Positions 1 through 12,745 of a DNA stretch of 64,000 nt are shown here, piece after piece; positions within the stretch are counted from its first letter, which is position 1; each line of letters opens with the position of its first letter. The stretch is from NCBI RefSeq assembly GCF_009914755.1, contig NC_060945.1. One strand, 5' to 3'. This DNA comes from the human T2T-CHM13v2.0 reference genome, Homo sapiens. The position numbers and the translations under genes were made by a program. The notes beneath the pieces are model-generated. The model saw only the letters and a list, made by a program, of their open reading frames with translations, searched no databases and had not been told where the DNA came from.

Positions 1-503
1 CTCCAAAGGATTCTGGGGAGAAGATAGTCCAGTGATCACTGTTCTAGAAGATGCTGCTAATATTTATATTTATTTCTTTAGTCAATCCTGAGGGTTTCCT
101 GTTCTCTAGAGCACTCATTCTAACAGTCTACTGGTCACCCCAGCTATATTTCTCTCTCTCAACTCATCCCAAACCTGCAGGAATTATGTATGCCCTCTAT
201 GTTTCTTATTCCTTTAATGACACTATTTATAACCTCCACATACAGCCACCTATGCTAGAAATCTGATACCTACATGTTCTCTCCTTTCTCACCCCTACAT
301 CTAGCTGATAACATAATCCTGTTGACCATGTTTGTGAAATATCATCTGAATCCACCCGGTTTTTCATTTATCACACGGTGACCATTTACTTCACAACTTG
401 GTCTCTTTCTCAGGATATTGTAATAGTTTAGACTTGACTAACACCCTGATTCTCTTTTCTGTAATCCATCCTGCACATTTCAATATGAGTCATCATTCTA
501 GAG

Positions 504-1012
<509 letters not shown>

Positions 1013-1359
1013 TTCTAAAATATGAGTCTTTTCTTATTGCTTTCAAAAAGCTCATTAGCTGTAGGATGAGGTCTAGACAGTAGCGTGAATGCTCTTCGTA
1101 CTCTAACCTCCCCTTCAGTTTCTACCACCACCACCACCTACCTCACTATCCCGATCCCACATACACTTTAGTACTGTAGAACCTTGCTTTTTCTAAATAA
1201 ACCATAATTTTTCAATCTCCTAGCTCTGGATCCTGCTGTTTCCTCTATGTAGAATGCCTCTCCTTTATGTCCTTCCCTTCAGAATTTGACCCATTTTTCA
1301 AGGTTTAATAAAGAAAGCCCTGGCCCCACTCCCAACAAAAGGAACATCCCCTTATCATG

Positions 1360-1520
1360 GACCTTGGACAAGCCATTTAGTGTCTCTCCGCCCAGTTTTC
1401 TCATCTGCAAAGTGGGAATGATAACATTTCCTCTTTTATGGAGTTGTTGGGGGATTAGATATTGCGTTATTCAGACTCCATCACTGAGAAAGCATGCAAT
1501 AAAAATAGCTGTTATTATTT
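1360..1520 (+). mobile_element. MIR fragment
   Basis: MIR core CAGTTTTCTCATCTGCAAAGTGGGAATGATAA. Confidence 0.7.
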
Positions 1521-2679
1521 TCTGTCCTCCTGTAACATTTACCATGTGGTATCAGGCATCTTTCCTGATAAGACTCTGTCTCCCCTCAAGACTGTGAGCT
1601 TGTTAGCAAGAAAGCCTCTATCTTGTTCATGGTTGTCCTTCAGCATCCAGCACATTGTTGCCATTTGTCAAATGCCTTGGCTGGGTGGCAAATAAATAAC
1701 TTAGTCAGTTACTCACATAGGATTGCATAGAATTTTTTTAAGTATGACATTTTTGTGTATATTTTTAGGGAGGAGTAAAAGACATATAGCTGTAGCAAGA
1801 ATTAGAAAAAAGAAGATGCCAACAACTTTTCTTTTTAAGCATCAAATCCTTCTCATTACTGCCCAGAAAAACTGGCATAAGCTGTTGTTAAATCTGTGCC
1901 CCTTCTCCTCGGTTGACTGGAGTACGAGTTTTAACATTTTGCCATTTTGACTTTCCTTTCTGGGCCCCCTGGGTCCTCTCCTCCCACCCCCTCCCTGGGT
2001 ACTAAGTTTTCATCACTGTCACCACGGCAACAGCAAGGATGCCTCATTCCTCACAGTTCTGCACAGCTAAACTCTGGTCGCCTTTGTCCACTGAGCTAGC
2101 TGAATTCTTTTTAAATACACCACTAAATCAACTATCTGCTGTACAGAACTTCATCCATTATTCAACCTTTAAAAAAAAACAAAAACAAAAACAAACAAAA
2201 AAACAAAAGAAAAAAACTGATGTATACTAATTTCTTCTCCTGGGAATGGCCTTTTTCCAGACCTGCCAATACTCTTGAATACACCATACATTTTTGGTCC
2301 CTAGGAACAAATATAAAAATTGCCAGTGTACGTGCGTCCAGTGTAAGTGTGGTGCAATTTTAAAGCACGCAACAGAGCATTCATAATGGGTTTCCCTTTT
2401 AAAAGCACAGTAGACCAAAAATAAACCTGACAAAGGGCAGCTGTAGAGTTTTAACACGTGGAAAACTCCACAAGCAGCAGTTATGTAACTTGAAAGAAAC
2501 ATGATAAATATTTCACACCATTAGATGAACTTCCAACTCTGACACTGAAAAAAAAGCAAAGAACAAGAACGCGAGACAAATGCACCTCAAATCTCCAAGG
2601 AGCAAAAAGCTTAAACTGAGAAGGGACCAAGGCTGTACTAAAATCTGAGACCTGACTTCCAGCACGAGTCTTGATTGCT

Positions 2680-3960
2680 TTTTTTTTTCTCGAGTTCGAG
2701 GCGGAGCCCGCGAACCCCATCTCCTCAGAGCGCCACCCCCTCAGCTTCGCCCGTTGGGCAGAATTTTCCAAATATCTCCACCCCTAGGCTGAAAAGCCAG
2801 AAAGAAGTTTTGAGCCAACGAGGGGAAGAAAGGAGTTGGGGCAAAACAGGAGGCGTTTCCCTACCCGCATACATCCCCGTCCCCGAGACACCCAATCCCC
2901 CCACCCCCAGCCTGCCCGCGCCTCCCGCCCCCAGCTCCTCGCCCTGGGGACAGCTGGCAGCCCCGCGCGGACCAGACACAAAGCCGATCAATCCCGGAGG
3001 CGTGGGGGCGGAGGGACGACCCGCCGGGGCTTTCCCGGGCGCTGCTCTCCTCCTGCTGCCCCCTCGCTAGGACCCGGCGGACGCCTCGTCTGGTTTTCAC
3101 GCCCTCTAGCCCCTACCCCCACACCCCCAAAACAGAACAGACCCCCATCCCTGGGCTGGAGGACCCGCCTCTTGGCAGCCAGCTGAGAAGGCGCCCCGGG
3201 GAGGGGGAAACTGACATCCCATCTAGAGCCGTCCCTCCTCTTCCTCCCCTCCCGACTCTCTGCTCCTTTCCCGCCCCAGAAGTTCAAGGGCCCCCGGCCT
3301 CCTGCGCTCCTGCCGCCGGGACCCTCGACCTCCTCAGAGCAGCCGGCTGCCGCCCCGGGAAGATGGCGAGGAGGAGCCGCCACCGCCTCCTCCTGCTGCT
3401 GCTGCGCTACCTGGTGGTCGCCCTGGGCTGTAAGTTGCTCGGGTTCCTCTACCCTTCCTGCCTGGACCAGCCTGCCCCCACCCTCCAGCCCCCCACGGGG
3501 CGCTGGCTGACAGTGTCTGGGCGGCTCTGGGCCGAGGTCGCCGCGGGGCGTCTGACCTTGCGCCCAGGCGAGCGGGAAACCCAGGGTGCCCGCGAGCGGA
3601 CGCTGGGAGCAAGGGAGCGCGAGGTCGTGGGTTTCTTGTGAATTGCGTCTGATTTTGTCAGTTCTAGATACAGAAAATTAAGGGTTCCCACTAGCAGGTT
3701 CTCATCTGTTTGCAAAGTTGGGGTAAGTTTTCAGACAGAGGGACGTGATTCGAATGCAAAACTCACTACCCACTGGTAAGATGCTAAGACCCCAAGAAAG
3801 ATGGCATCACTGGGAGGCGGGCGCCGGCCACACTTTGAGTCCCCGGGGAGGGGGCAGCGTCCGCGTGGTCTGGGCTCTGTAGCGTCCCAGCTGAGCCGGC
3901 GATATGCAGCGCACTTGTGGGGCGGAGGTGGAGGGAATTCGTGGCTGCTGAGCCAGAATT
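2680..3960 (+). promoter_or_regulatory. JAM2: JAM2 CpG island / TATA-less promoter, 5'UTR and start of intron 1
   Basis: Sharp rise in GC and CpG density around exon 1; GC boxes (CCCGCCCC at about 2924 and 3270, GGGGCGGAG at about 3005 and 3919); no ATG on + strand from about 2700 to the start codon; exact TSS not determinable. Confidence 0.85.
3363..3429 (+). CDS. JAM2: JAM2 exon 1 coding part (signal peptide MARRSRHRLLLLLLRYLVVALG)
   Basis: Strong Kozak AAGATGG; 67 nt, then donor GTAAGT at 3430; matches recalled human JAM-B N-terminus. Confidence 0.98.
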
Positions 3961-4267
3961 ACTTTTATCCTCTCCACCTGCACATCTACATTCACTTAGA
4001 GAAGTCTGGTCTGGGGACTCTAGCCAGCTGCTCTGTCCTCAGGGGACATCCAACGGGACGATTGTTAGAAAGATTCAGAAGCCACATGATCCAGTAGCTG
4101 GGGAGACGTCCCAAAGCCAATTTCACCGGATGATTTTAAACAGGATTTTCACGGATTCTGGACTCATGAGATTTGAAATCCTGGGAACGTTGCCGTTATT
4201 TTGTTTTCTTCGCGTTAACTTTTTAGGAAAATGGAGGAAATTACAATAGACTAAGCAATGCAGTTCT

Positions 4268-4395
4268 ACTTTTGCTTTTTCTTTTTTCTCTCACCTTTTT
4301 TGTTTTGCTTTTTTCCCTTCCTTCCTTCCTCCCTTCCTTTCTCTTTCTTCTTTCTTTCTCTCTCTCTCTCTTTCTTTCTCTCTTTCTTTCTTTTG
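4268..4395. repeat. CT-rich low-complexity tract (TTTC/CCTT/CT)
   Basis: Near-pure pyrimidine run on + strand. Confidence 0.9.
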
Positions 4396-5134
4396 TAAAA
4401 TGAGTTATTGTTGCTATTCACGTTCTGGTAAAGTAACACTTATAATACTTAACCTGCGGGACGAGTGTCTAATACCACAATACAATGATATTTTCTCACG
4501 CCCTCGCTGCCCAAGTGATCATCGCACAGCTCAAGTGATGTGAGCCACGTCCCTTTGTGGAGGAGGAAGGTGCACATTGTCTCAGGGAAGGGACATGTAC
4601 TGACCAATATTATATAAAGTCAAACCAGAAAGCCAAAGTTTCACAATGAAACCCTTGTGCAATTCTGAAATATCAATTGGTATCATATGGAACACACAGA
4701 AGAAAAAAAATGCACTCATGCTAAAAGGCAACAGAGAGGTAGGCTGGAGAAATTGTAACAGAACAACTGAGAAAGTTATGTATTCTGCTGAAATTCTAAA
4801 TTTCAAATAGAAAAGAGTGTGCCTTTTAGTGTAGAATTGTCACTAATTAAAAACAGAAAATCGTTCTGCTGTGCTATTCCTATTGAATCACCAACATAGA
4901 AACAATACACCCCAAGTCTGAAATTGTAGTGGAGAAACAACCAAGAGGCGAACAAAAGCATAAATGAATGGGGCTGAGTGACCTCTTCAAGCTTTAGGTA
5001 AATATAACACATTGTCTCTGCTAAACTTGATTCCTATAGGGGATGTATTTGGAAGTGTTGTGGGGACTTTTCTATATTGTTCCTGGGATACTAAAAGATC
5101 TGGCATTGCAAGAGTGTTTTCTTTGTATGTGGGT

Positions 5135-5950
5135 GTTTTTTTTTTATGTTTAAAACAATTTTAGAACAGTTTGGATTTAAATAAAAATTCCAACGCTAGT
5201 ATAGAGAGTTCTCATATATTCCACACCCAGTTTCCCACATTGTTAATATCTTACATTAGTATGGTACACTTTATTCAAATTTCCTTCATTCTTACCTAAT
5301 GCCTTTTCTATTCCAGGATGCCATCCAGGCTACCATATTACATTTAGTTGTCCTGATTCCTTAGGTTCTTCTTGGTTGTAACAGTTTCTTAGGCTTCCCT
5401 TGCTTTCTCTTACTATAATGGGTTTGAGGAGTTCTGGTCAAGTATCTGGTAGAATGACTGCGAATTGCTGTTTCTCTGATATTTTTCTCATAACTAGACT
5501 GGGGTTATAGGTTTTTTGGAGGAAGATCAGAAAGTGGTAAGGGGCCTAGGTAAAGTGACATTTTCATCACATTATCTCCAGGGAACATACCGTACACATG
5601 ACTTATTGCTGTTGATGTGAACCTAGGTCACCTGTAATCATACTCCTAATGTAGTGCATACCAGTTTTCTCCACAGATTACCTACCCTTTTTTCTTCATT
5701 TCCATACTAGATTTTTTTGGAAGGAAGTCACTACATGCAACCCACACTTCTTCAGGAAGGAGAGTTATGCTCCATCTCCTTGAAGGCGGAGTATCTTCAT
5801 AAATTATTTGGAGCTCTTCTGCATGGGAGATGGGTCTCTCCCTTCCCTTCATTTATTTATTTAATCATTTATTTTTCTATCAGTATGGGCTCATAAATAT
5901 TTGCTTTATACTTTGGGTTATAATCCAATACTATTTTATTTATTAAAGAC
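5135..5950 (-). mobile_element. Ancient L1 (L1MC/L1MD-type) 3' end
   Basis: T-tail, then AGAGAGTTCTCATATATTCCACACCCAGTTTCCC...CATTAGTATGGTACA typical of reversed L1M 3' ends. Confidence 0.7.
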
Positions 5951-6340
5951 TTAGTGGATTTCTTATGCTGTTATTACATATTCATCTTTTTAATATTCTT
6001 CCCAGATGTAACTGTGCCATTCTTTTGGCCACTCCTATCATTTATAATATCATGCTTACTCCCTTCTTTCCTTTTTATCCTGCTGTTTATCAGCATTCTT
6101 TATATCTTTCTTAGTAGTCTGGAGGATTGCTTTTTTGTTGTTGTTCTTGTTATTTAAACGATGATGTCAGTATCCCTGTTGATATATGGATATTTTTGTG
6201 TGTGTTTAGTTGAATTACATTTTTCTTTCCCACTCCATTAGGAAAGGAATTTCTTGATGTTTGCTCACCACTATATGTCCAGTGCTGAGCAAAGTTCCTG
6301 GTTAATAGTAGGTATAAATATATGCCTGTTGATTCTATGG

Positions 6341-6668
6341 TGCCTTAGTCCATTCAGGCTGCTGTAACAAAATACCATAAACGGAGTAGCTTATAAACAA
6401 CGTTTATTTCTCACAGCTCTGGAGGCTGAGAAGTTCACAATCAAGATACCAGCAAATTCAGTGTCAGGCAAGGGCCCACTTCCTGGTTCATAGATGGAGC
6501 CTTCTCAGGGTGACCTCCCATGGCGGAAGAAGCAAGGCAGCTCTGAGGTCTCTTTGTAAGCGCACTGTTGTCATGACCAGATCACGGTCCAAAGCCTTCA
6601 ACTCCTAATACCATCACATTGGTGATTAGATTTCAACATATGAATGTGGGGGGACATAAACCACAGCA
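6341..6668 (-). mobile_element. MLT1A-type MaLR solo LTR
   Basis: TGCCTTAGTCCATTCAGGCTGCTGTAACAAAATACC ... TTTCAACATATGAATGTGGGGGGACA. Confidence 0.8.
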
Positions 6669-7034
6669 GATGGAATGGGGATGAGGTAGGGTAGGTAAAA
6701 GAAGTGTATAGATTGAACTGATTGCAATATAAATCATGAAGCTCTAACTTCATGTTAAGTAGGTGGAGTGTTAGATTTCTCTGAGGCATCATTTAAGCTG
6801 ATATGTCAAAAAATAATAGGAATGAGTATTCCGTGTTTGGTGGGGTGTTGTCATGCCTTTTGGGGTCTCTCAGAGCCAAGGAGCTGATCATGAATCAGTT
6901 CCTGATTCCACCTAACCAGTAGCAGCTGGTCCTCAGATCTGGACTGGAACCTGATCCAGGCGCTTAGCCTGAGTCTAATCTCTCATCAACTGATAAAGAT
7001 TGTGGTAGGGGAGAGAGGTCTGAATCTTTTGTAA

Positions 7035-7773
7035 AATCACAAGGTTCTGCCTTTTTGCCAGAACTGACCCAAAACAGCACTCCAGGGAACCGGTACTAGG
7101 AAAATTCTGCCCTCTGTATCTATTGTTAAGAAGCAACTGCCATAATCAATTTGCTGGAGAGAAGTGGTTCCGTGCTGGCACAGTCTCAATTATCTGATGA
7201 ACAGAAACGCTAAAATGGGCTTGTAGGTGGATTTAACAACCATTTCAAGACTATGAAAGAAATTATATTAGAAAGAATGAAGTCAAAAACAAAAACTTCA
7301 GCGTGAGCACAGTGAGTTCCCTATGACTGAAAACACTCATTTATCCTCCCACATGAGCAGTTTAATGAGAGGAGCCCACAGGAGCTTACGGATGTTCACC
7401 ACCCATGGTTTCCATTGCATTGGTTTCCTCCTGTGGGCCTTCCTCATAGAGAAGATGTATTGGAATATAGAGGTAAGAGCTGCTAGCTTTATTGAAGTCA
7501 GACCACCAGGAAGCTATAAAGGCCATTCTTAAAATAATATTTTTTCATCCCATAGCAATATAGTAGTAACACTGCTGAGTCAATACTCCAGTATACCCCT
7601 CTTGCTAGACTGATGTTTTGAGGAAGATGGTGGTGAAGATGGAAAAGGGGAATCAGAACCTGGGTCAGGTGCCTCCTTTGGCAAAAGCAGCAAAATAAAA
7701 CTTAAAACCAGGGATTGTTTTCTTGGACGGTGTTACTGTTAACAAGGCTAGAACTCAGAAAAAATAACCCAAC
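7035..7773 (+). pseudogene. RNGTTP1: Processed pseudogene of RNGTT (mRNA capping enzyme), 5' segment: triphosphatase domain and acidic linker
   Basis: Manual translation across frameshifts gives KMGL*VDLT, EHSEFPMTENT, EQFNERSPQEL, THGFHCIGFLLWAFLIEKMYWNIE, RPPGSYKG, D*CFEED..EDGKGESEPGSGASFGK, FLDGVTV. These are colinear with recalled RNGTT ([94 protein letters not shown]). No introns, multiple stops and frameshifts. Symbol assigned from memory of a chr21 RNGTT pseudogene. Confidence 0.92.
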
Positions 7774-8268
7774 TGTATTACTTTTCTATTTCTGTGAAAC
7801 ACATGACCAAAAACAAAACAATACAAATTGATTGTCTTAAACTTCTAGAGGTCAGAAGTCTGAAACAGGTCTCACTGGCCTAAAATCAAGGTATCAGCAT
7901 GAAGCATTCCTTCTGGAGGTTCTAGGGCAGAATCTGTTTCCATGGCTTTTCCAGCTTCTGGAGGCGCCCCACTCACGGCCCTGTCCTGCCAGGCTGCCAC
8001 CTGTCCCCACTCACGGCCCTGCGACACCAGGCTGCCACCTCTCTAGTTCTCTCTCTTCTGCTTCCTTCTTCCACTCATCAGGACCCTTGTCATTACCTTG
8101 GGCTTACCTGAGTAACTCTGGATAATTTATCCATTTCAAAGTCAGCTGGTTAGCAACTTTCATCCATCTACAACTGCAATTCCTATTTACCATGTAAAGT
8201 AAGATATTTATAGGTTCTGGGGAGTAGGATGTGGACATCTTTGTGGGGCTATTATTCTGTTTCTCACA
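7774..8268 (-). mobile_element. MLT1 (MLT1D-like) MaLR solo LTR inserted in the RNGTT pseudogene
   Basis: TG...CA ends; GGTCTCACTGGCCTAAAATCAAGGT, GGACATCTTTGTGGGGCTATTATTCTG; degenerate TSD CCAAC/GCAGC. Confidence 0.85.
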
Positions 8269-8346
8269 GCAGCCAAAATGAGGTTATGCACAGCGACAGT
8301 GTTTTCAGTGCTGTAGCCAAGAATATTCTAGATTCCATGAAGCCAC
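8269..8346 (+). pseudogene. RNGTTP1: RNGTT processed pseudogene, 3' segment after the LTR
   Basis: QPK*GYAQRQCFQCCSQEYSRFHEA vs recalled RNGTT [25 protein letters not shown]; resumes exactly where the 5' segment stopped. Confidence 0.8.
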
Positions 8347-8364
8347 CATAACTTTTACCTTTAA

Positions 8365-8715
<351 letters not shown>

Positions 8716-8751
8716 TAAAGCTATATTTTTTATTAGTTGTATTTCAAATTG

Positions 8752-8935
8752 CATAGTATGGTGGTAAAGAACATGCACTCCAATGCAGCACTCTGTGCTC
8801 TTACCAGCTGTGTGATCTTATACAGGTTAACACCTGTATTATGTCAGTTTACTCATCAGTGTTGGTGATAATCCCAATAAGAGTGCTTACCTCATAGAGG
8901 TTTAGGGAGAATTACATGTATAACACACTTAGTAA
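8752..8935 (+). mobile_element. MIR
   Basis: CTTACCAGCTGTGTGATCTT...CTTACCTCATAGAGGTT. Confidence 0.65.
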
Positions 8936-9182
8936 ACTGAAGAAGCCATTGAAGCCTTTTGACATTGAATATCAGTTTGATTTGCATTTTAAAGAGAATG
9001 CATTGGATGGAGTATGGTGAATGGAAGGATTGGGGTGGGGGGAGTCAAACTGGGGAGACCAGTTAGAAGTTATTGGAGTAGTCCAGGCAATTGCTTGTGT
9101 AAGTACTTATTTTATATAGTTTATTGATAAATATACTCACATAATTACACATACACATATAACCACTGACAATTGCTTTTTA

Positions 9183-9762
9183 CAGTTGTCACCTAATGAT
9201 GCGATGTGTTCTGAGAAATGTGTCGTTAGGTGATTTTGTTATTGTGTGATCATAGAGTGTACTTACAGAAACCTAGATGGTAGAGCCTGCTGCACACCAA
9301 GGCTATATGGTGTAGCCTATTGCTCCTAGGCTACAAACCTATACAGCATGTTACTGTACTGGATACTGTAGGCAACGGTAAACAGTTGTAAGTATTTGTG
9401 TACCTAAACATATCTAAACATGGAAAAGGTACAGTAAAAACAGCACAAAAGATAAATGGTACACCTGTGTAGAAACATATCATGAGTGGAGCTTGCAGGA
9501 CTAGAAGTTGCTCTGAGTGAGTCAGTGAGTGAGTGGTGAGTGAATGTGAAGGCCTGGGACATTACTGTATACTACTGTAGACTTTATCAACACTGTACAC
9601 TTAGGCTACACTAAATTTATAAAACAATAAAGTTCTTGTGTTACAGCAGTACGGGCGTTATAGCATCACTAGATGATAAGAATTTTTCAGCTCCATTATA
9701 ATCTGTGGGACCACTGATATGGTTCATTGTTGACCAAAATGTCATTATGCAGTGCATGACTG
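9183..9762 (-). mobile_element. Tigger3-family (Golem) DNA transposon deletion derivative
   Basis: TA-flanked; right end reverse complement CAGTCATGCACTGCATAATGACATTTTGGTCAAC matches the Tigger3 terminus; internal GTGAGTCAGTGAGTGAGTGG. Confidence 0.88.
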
Positions 9763-10107
9763 CATTTGAAATGTAGTTAATTAAATCTGATCAGGAATTT
9801 AAGAAAAATGGCTCTTTGGTTTTTAAGGAAAAATTTTTTTAATCATGTGTGCTGTGTTTTCAACTTTCTGTTCAGTTCCCAACCTATAAACATGAAACAG
9901 TAGCTCTTTTGGTTACTATGTATACCTTCTTTCAATGTTATTCTCTCTCCCACACGTAAGTTTATTTTCAGTATTTGTTTCCAGTGTTTCCAGAGTTTCC
10001 CTGAGTTGTCACCCTTAGAATGGTCATTTTACTTGATTTGATATTCAGAAGAGTGGCCTTCTAAGTTCCAAAGTGTGTGAGTGTATGCATGCATCGGGTG
10101 TGGGGGG

Positions 10108-10160
10108 AAAGAGAGAGAGAGAGAAGGAGAGAGAGAGAGAGAGGGAGGATGGATGGATGT
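10108..10160. repeat. (GA)n / (GGAT)n microsatellite
   Basis: Seen directly. Confidence 0.85.
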
Positions 10161-11463
10161 GTGCTCAGATAAATGCCTGCTGACAGCAACACAAAACCCT
10201 ACTCTATGAATCTTCAGGCCAGTGAACGGGTAGGAAATGCTCTCCAGTTTGAATTGTTCCTACATTTTATGAGCAGAGAAGCAAATCCTGTGAAAGTATT
10301 TCAAGAGCTGCCCTCTTAGCTGTCCATTGTCTTGGCTCAGAAAGTCCTAAGGAAGAATCCTTGTAAACTTAACAGACAGGAATTTTGGTTTTTACTGGAG
10401 AGCTCTGCTTTTCTTTATCGCATGTCATCAGCATCAAATTTTTATTTGTTTTGTTGGGTTTTCTGTTTTGTTGTAGTTGTCAAAATTTTCTACTGGGATA
10501 ATTTAGGACGGGCTTGTCTTTATATTTGTAAGGAGTAAAAATGCATAATCTGGTCTGTCTTCTTTATGCTAGGTTTGTCCAATTTGCTTGCTTTCATTTT
10601 GTCAATGCAGTCACCTGCTGTTTTTACTCTTCGCTTTCTTCACATTGTGAAACTTCCTAAATACATACTATGGACAAAACCAAAGATAAAAATGAATGAA
10701 TTGTTAAACACATTTTCTTATATGTCTAACTAAAAATAATATATGCTTAGGGTAAATTCAAACAGAGCAGTAAGTTTACAAAACAAGAAATAAGTCTCCT
10801 TTCCAGCCTTCCTGACTCCTTTGCTTCTCAGATAGACCATCCTTAAGTTTCCTGCAAATGGTTTCAGGAAATTAGAAAAGAAATAGTTCCAGTATATATA
10901 AGCATACTCTTATAATTTCTTTAGAAATAAAGATCACAATTTATTATGCTTACTGCTGTATACCTTCCAGAAAATCAAATCATATTATATATAGTGTTGT
11001 GCACCTTGCTCCAAAAAGTTATTTATGTTAGTAATTAAGGTACAACCTAAAGCTCAGTCTACAAGCAGGACAGAAGATAACATCTTATAGAGGCCTTTAA
11101 AATTGTTGCACCAAAATGCAGTGGGAGCTATTTTCTAACTAGAACCACCAAAAATAATGGAACAAAATGATTAGTAAAACAAAGGGAAATAAACTTCCAA
11201 ACCAGTAACCAAATATGGAAAGGGAAAAATTCCAAGCAAGATCCAGTTAAAAAGTCCAAAGGAGAACGTGTGTGCACCCAGAGAGGACAGAGACACTAGC
11301 ACCAGCTAAGATTCACAGACAAGTGCAAAGGGGTGCTATTTTTAAAGGAGACCAAAGAGGAAATAATGACCACAAATAAAAAGGGAACATGTCAAACTTC
11401 TGGGCAAGTGCTAAATTTGAAAAGAGAGAATGGTGTTTATGTTTTTTAAAAAATGCACTAGAG

Positions 11464-11756
<293 letters not shown>

Positions 11757-11978
11757 TTCACTAGATGCATTTTCAAATAGGAATGGATTTTGATCAGAAG
11801 CAGAACTGACACAATGGAATAAACAATAACTCAAGTATGCATTTGTCCAATAACTGAAACATGCAGCCATCTATGTCATAAAACATTAAAATTGTACCTA
11901 AGCATATTGGAGACATGAGATTATTGTACTGTCCATATAGTGCTTTTGGATCCAGAACAAGTCAGGTTCTTTTGTGCC

Positions 11979-12012
<34 letters not shown>
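11979..12012. repeat. (TG)n microsatellite
   Basis: Seen directly. Confidence 0.95.
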
Positions 12013-12745
12013 AAACGAGTGAACATCTATGCCATTTTATCTAGATACAGTACTTCTTCCCAACCTCCATTCATCTCTGTTGTTGTTGCTATTGTTCCTC
12101 ATATGGCCAAATGCAATTTCTCCCTGAAGGTCTAACTCCAAAATTCCTTGCGCCTTCTCTTAATTCTTTCCAACTCATCAATTCCTCAAAGCTGATGTCT
12201 ACTGTATATTATACTCTGGTGCTTTTGGTATATTCTTTATTCTCTTATGGCACTTACTGAGCTGTACTGTTACAATTTTTCCATGTATATCTCTCTGTAT
12301 TGTGAGCTTGCTGGAGGCAGAGACAACACATCTTTAGGTCGTTGGTACCTAGAGTACTGCCTGGCACATTTAATACTTGATTAAGTAGAATTACATAAGC
12401 TGGAATTTAATGTTTATTTGTTTTGTAGCTTCATAAAATTATATAACTTTTTAGCAATAAAAACCTCAAGACATATGTAAAATTAATAGTCTCAAATGAA
12501 TGCATAATATTACTGCTCCTAAAACTCCCTCCTCCTCTTTTTAACAGTGGCCTCCCTAAGATATAAGGAAATATAAAGACTGGTCTGCCTTATAGGATTT
12601 TAAGAAATTTTCCAGATTTCCTGATGCCTCCTTATATCCTAAAAGCACATAAGTTCCTCTTGAATTAGTAAGCATTGATTAAAAACTCAGATGAGTCAAA
12701 CAATACACCCCTCAAAAGTTGCTTAATCTAGACTAGAACAAAGCA

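Noticed and set aside
3495-3880. Possible REST/RE1 sites (GGCGCTG at about 3499, GCGTCC..GTGGTC at about 3857)
   Set aside because: Too many mismatches to the 21-bp consensus
2675-4249. Many overlapping Pro/Gly/Arg-rich ORFs on both strands
   Set aside because: Expected in a CpG island; most start at non-ATG codons; only 3363-3429 fits the spliced JAM2 frame
7323-7532. 69-aa ATG-initiated ORF as a functional micro-phosphatase
   Set aside because: Only its second half is in the RNGTT frame; the catalytic Cys and Arg are lost, and the flanks carry stops and frameshifts
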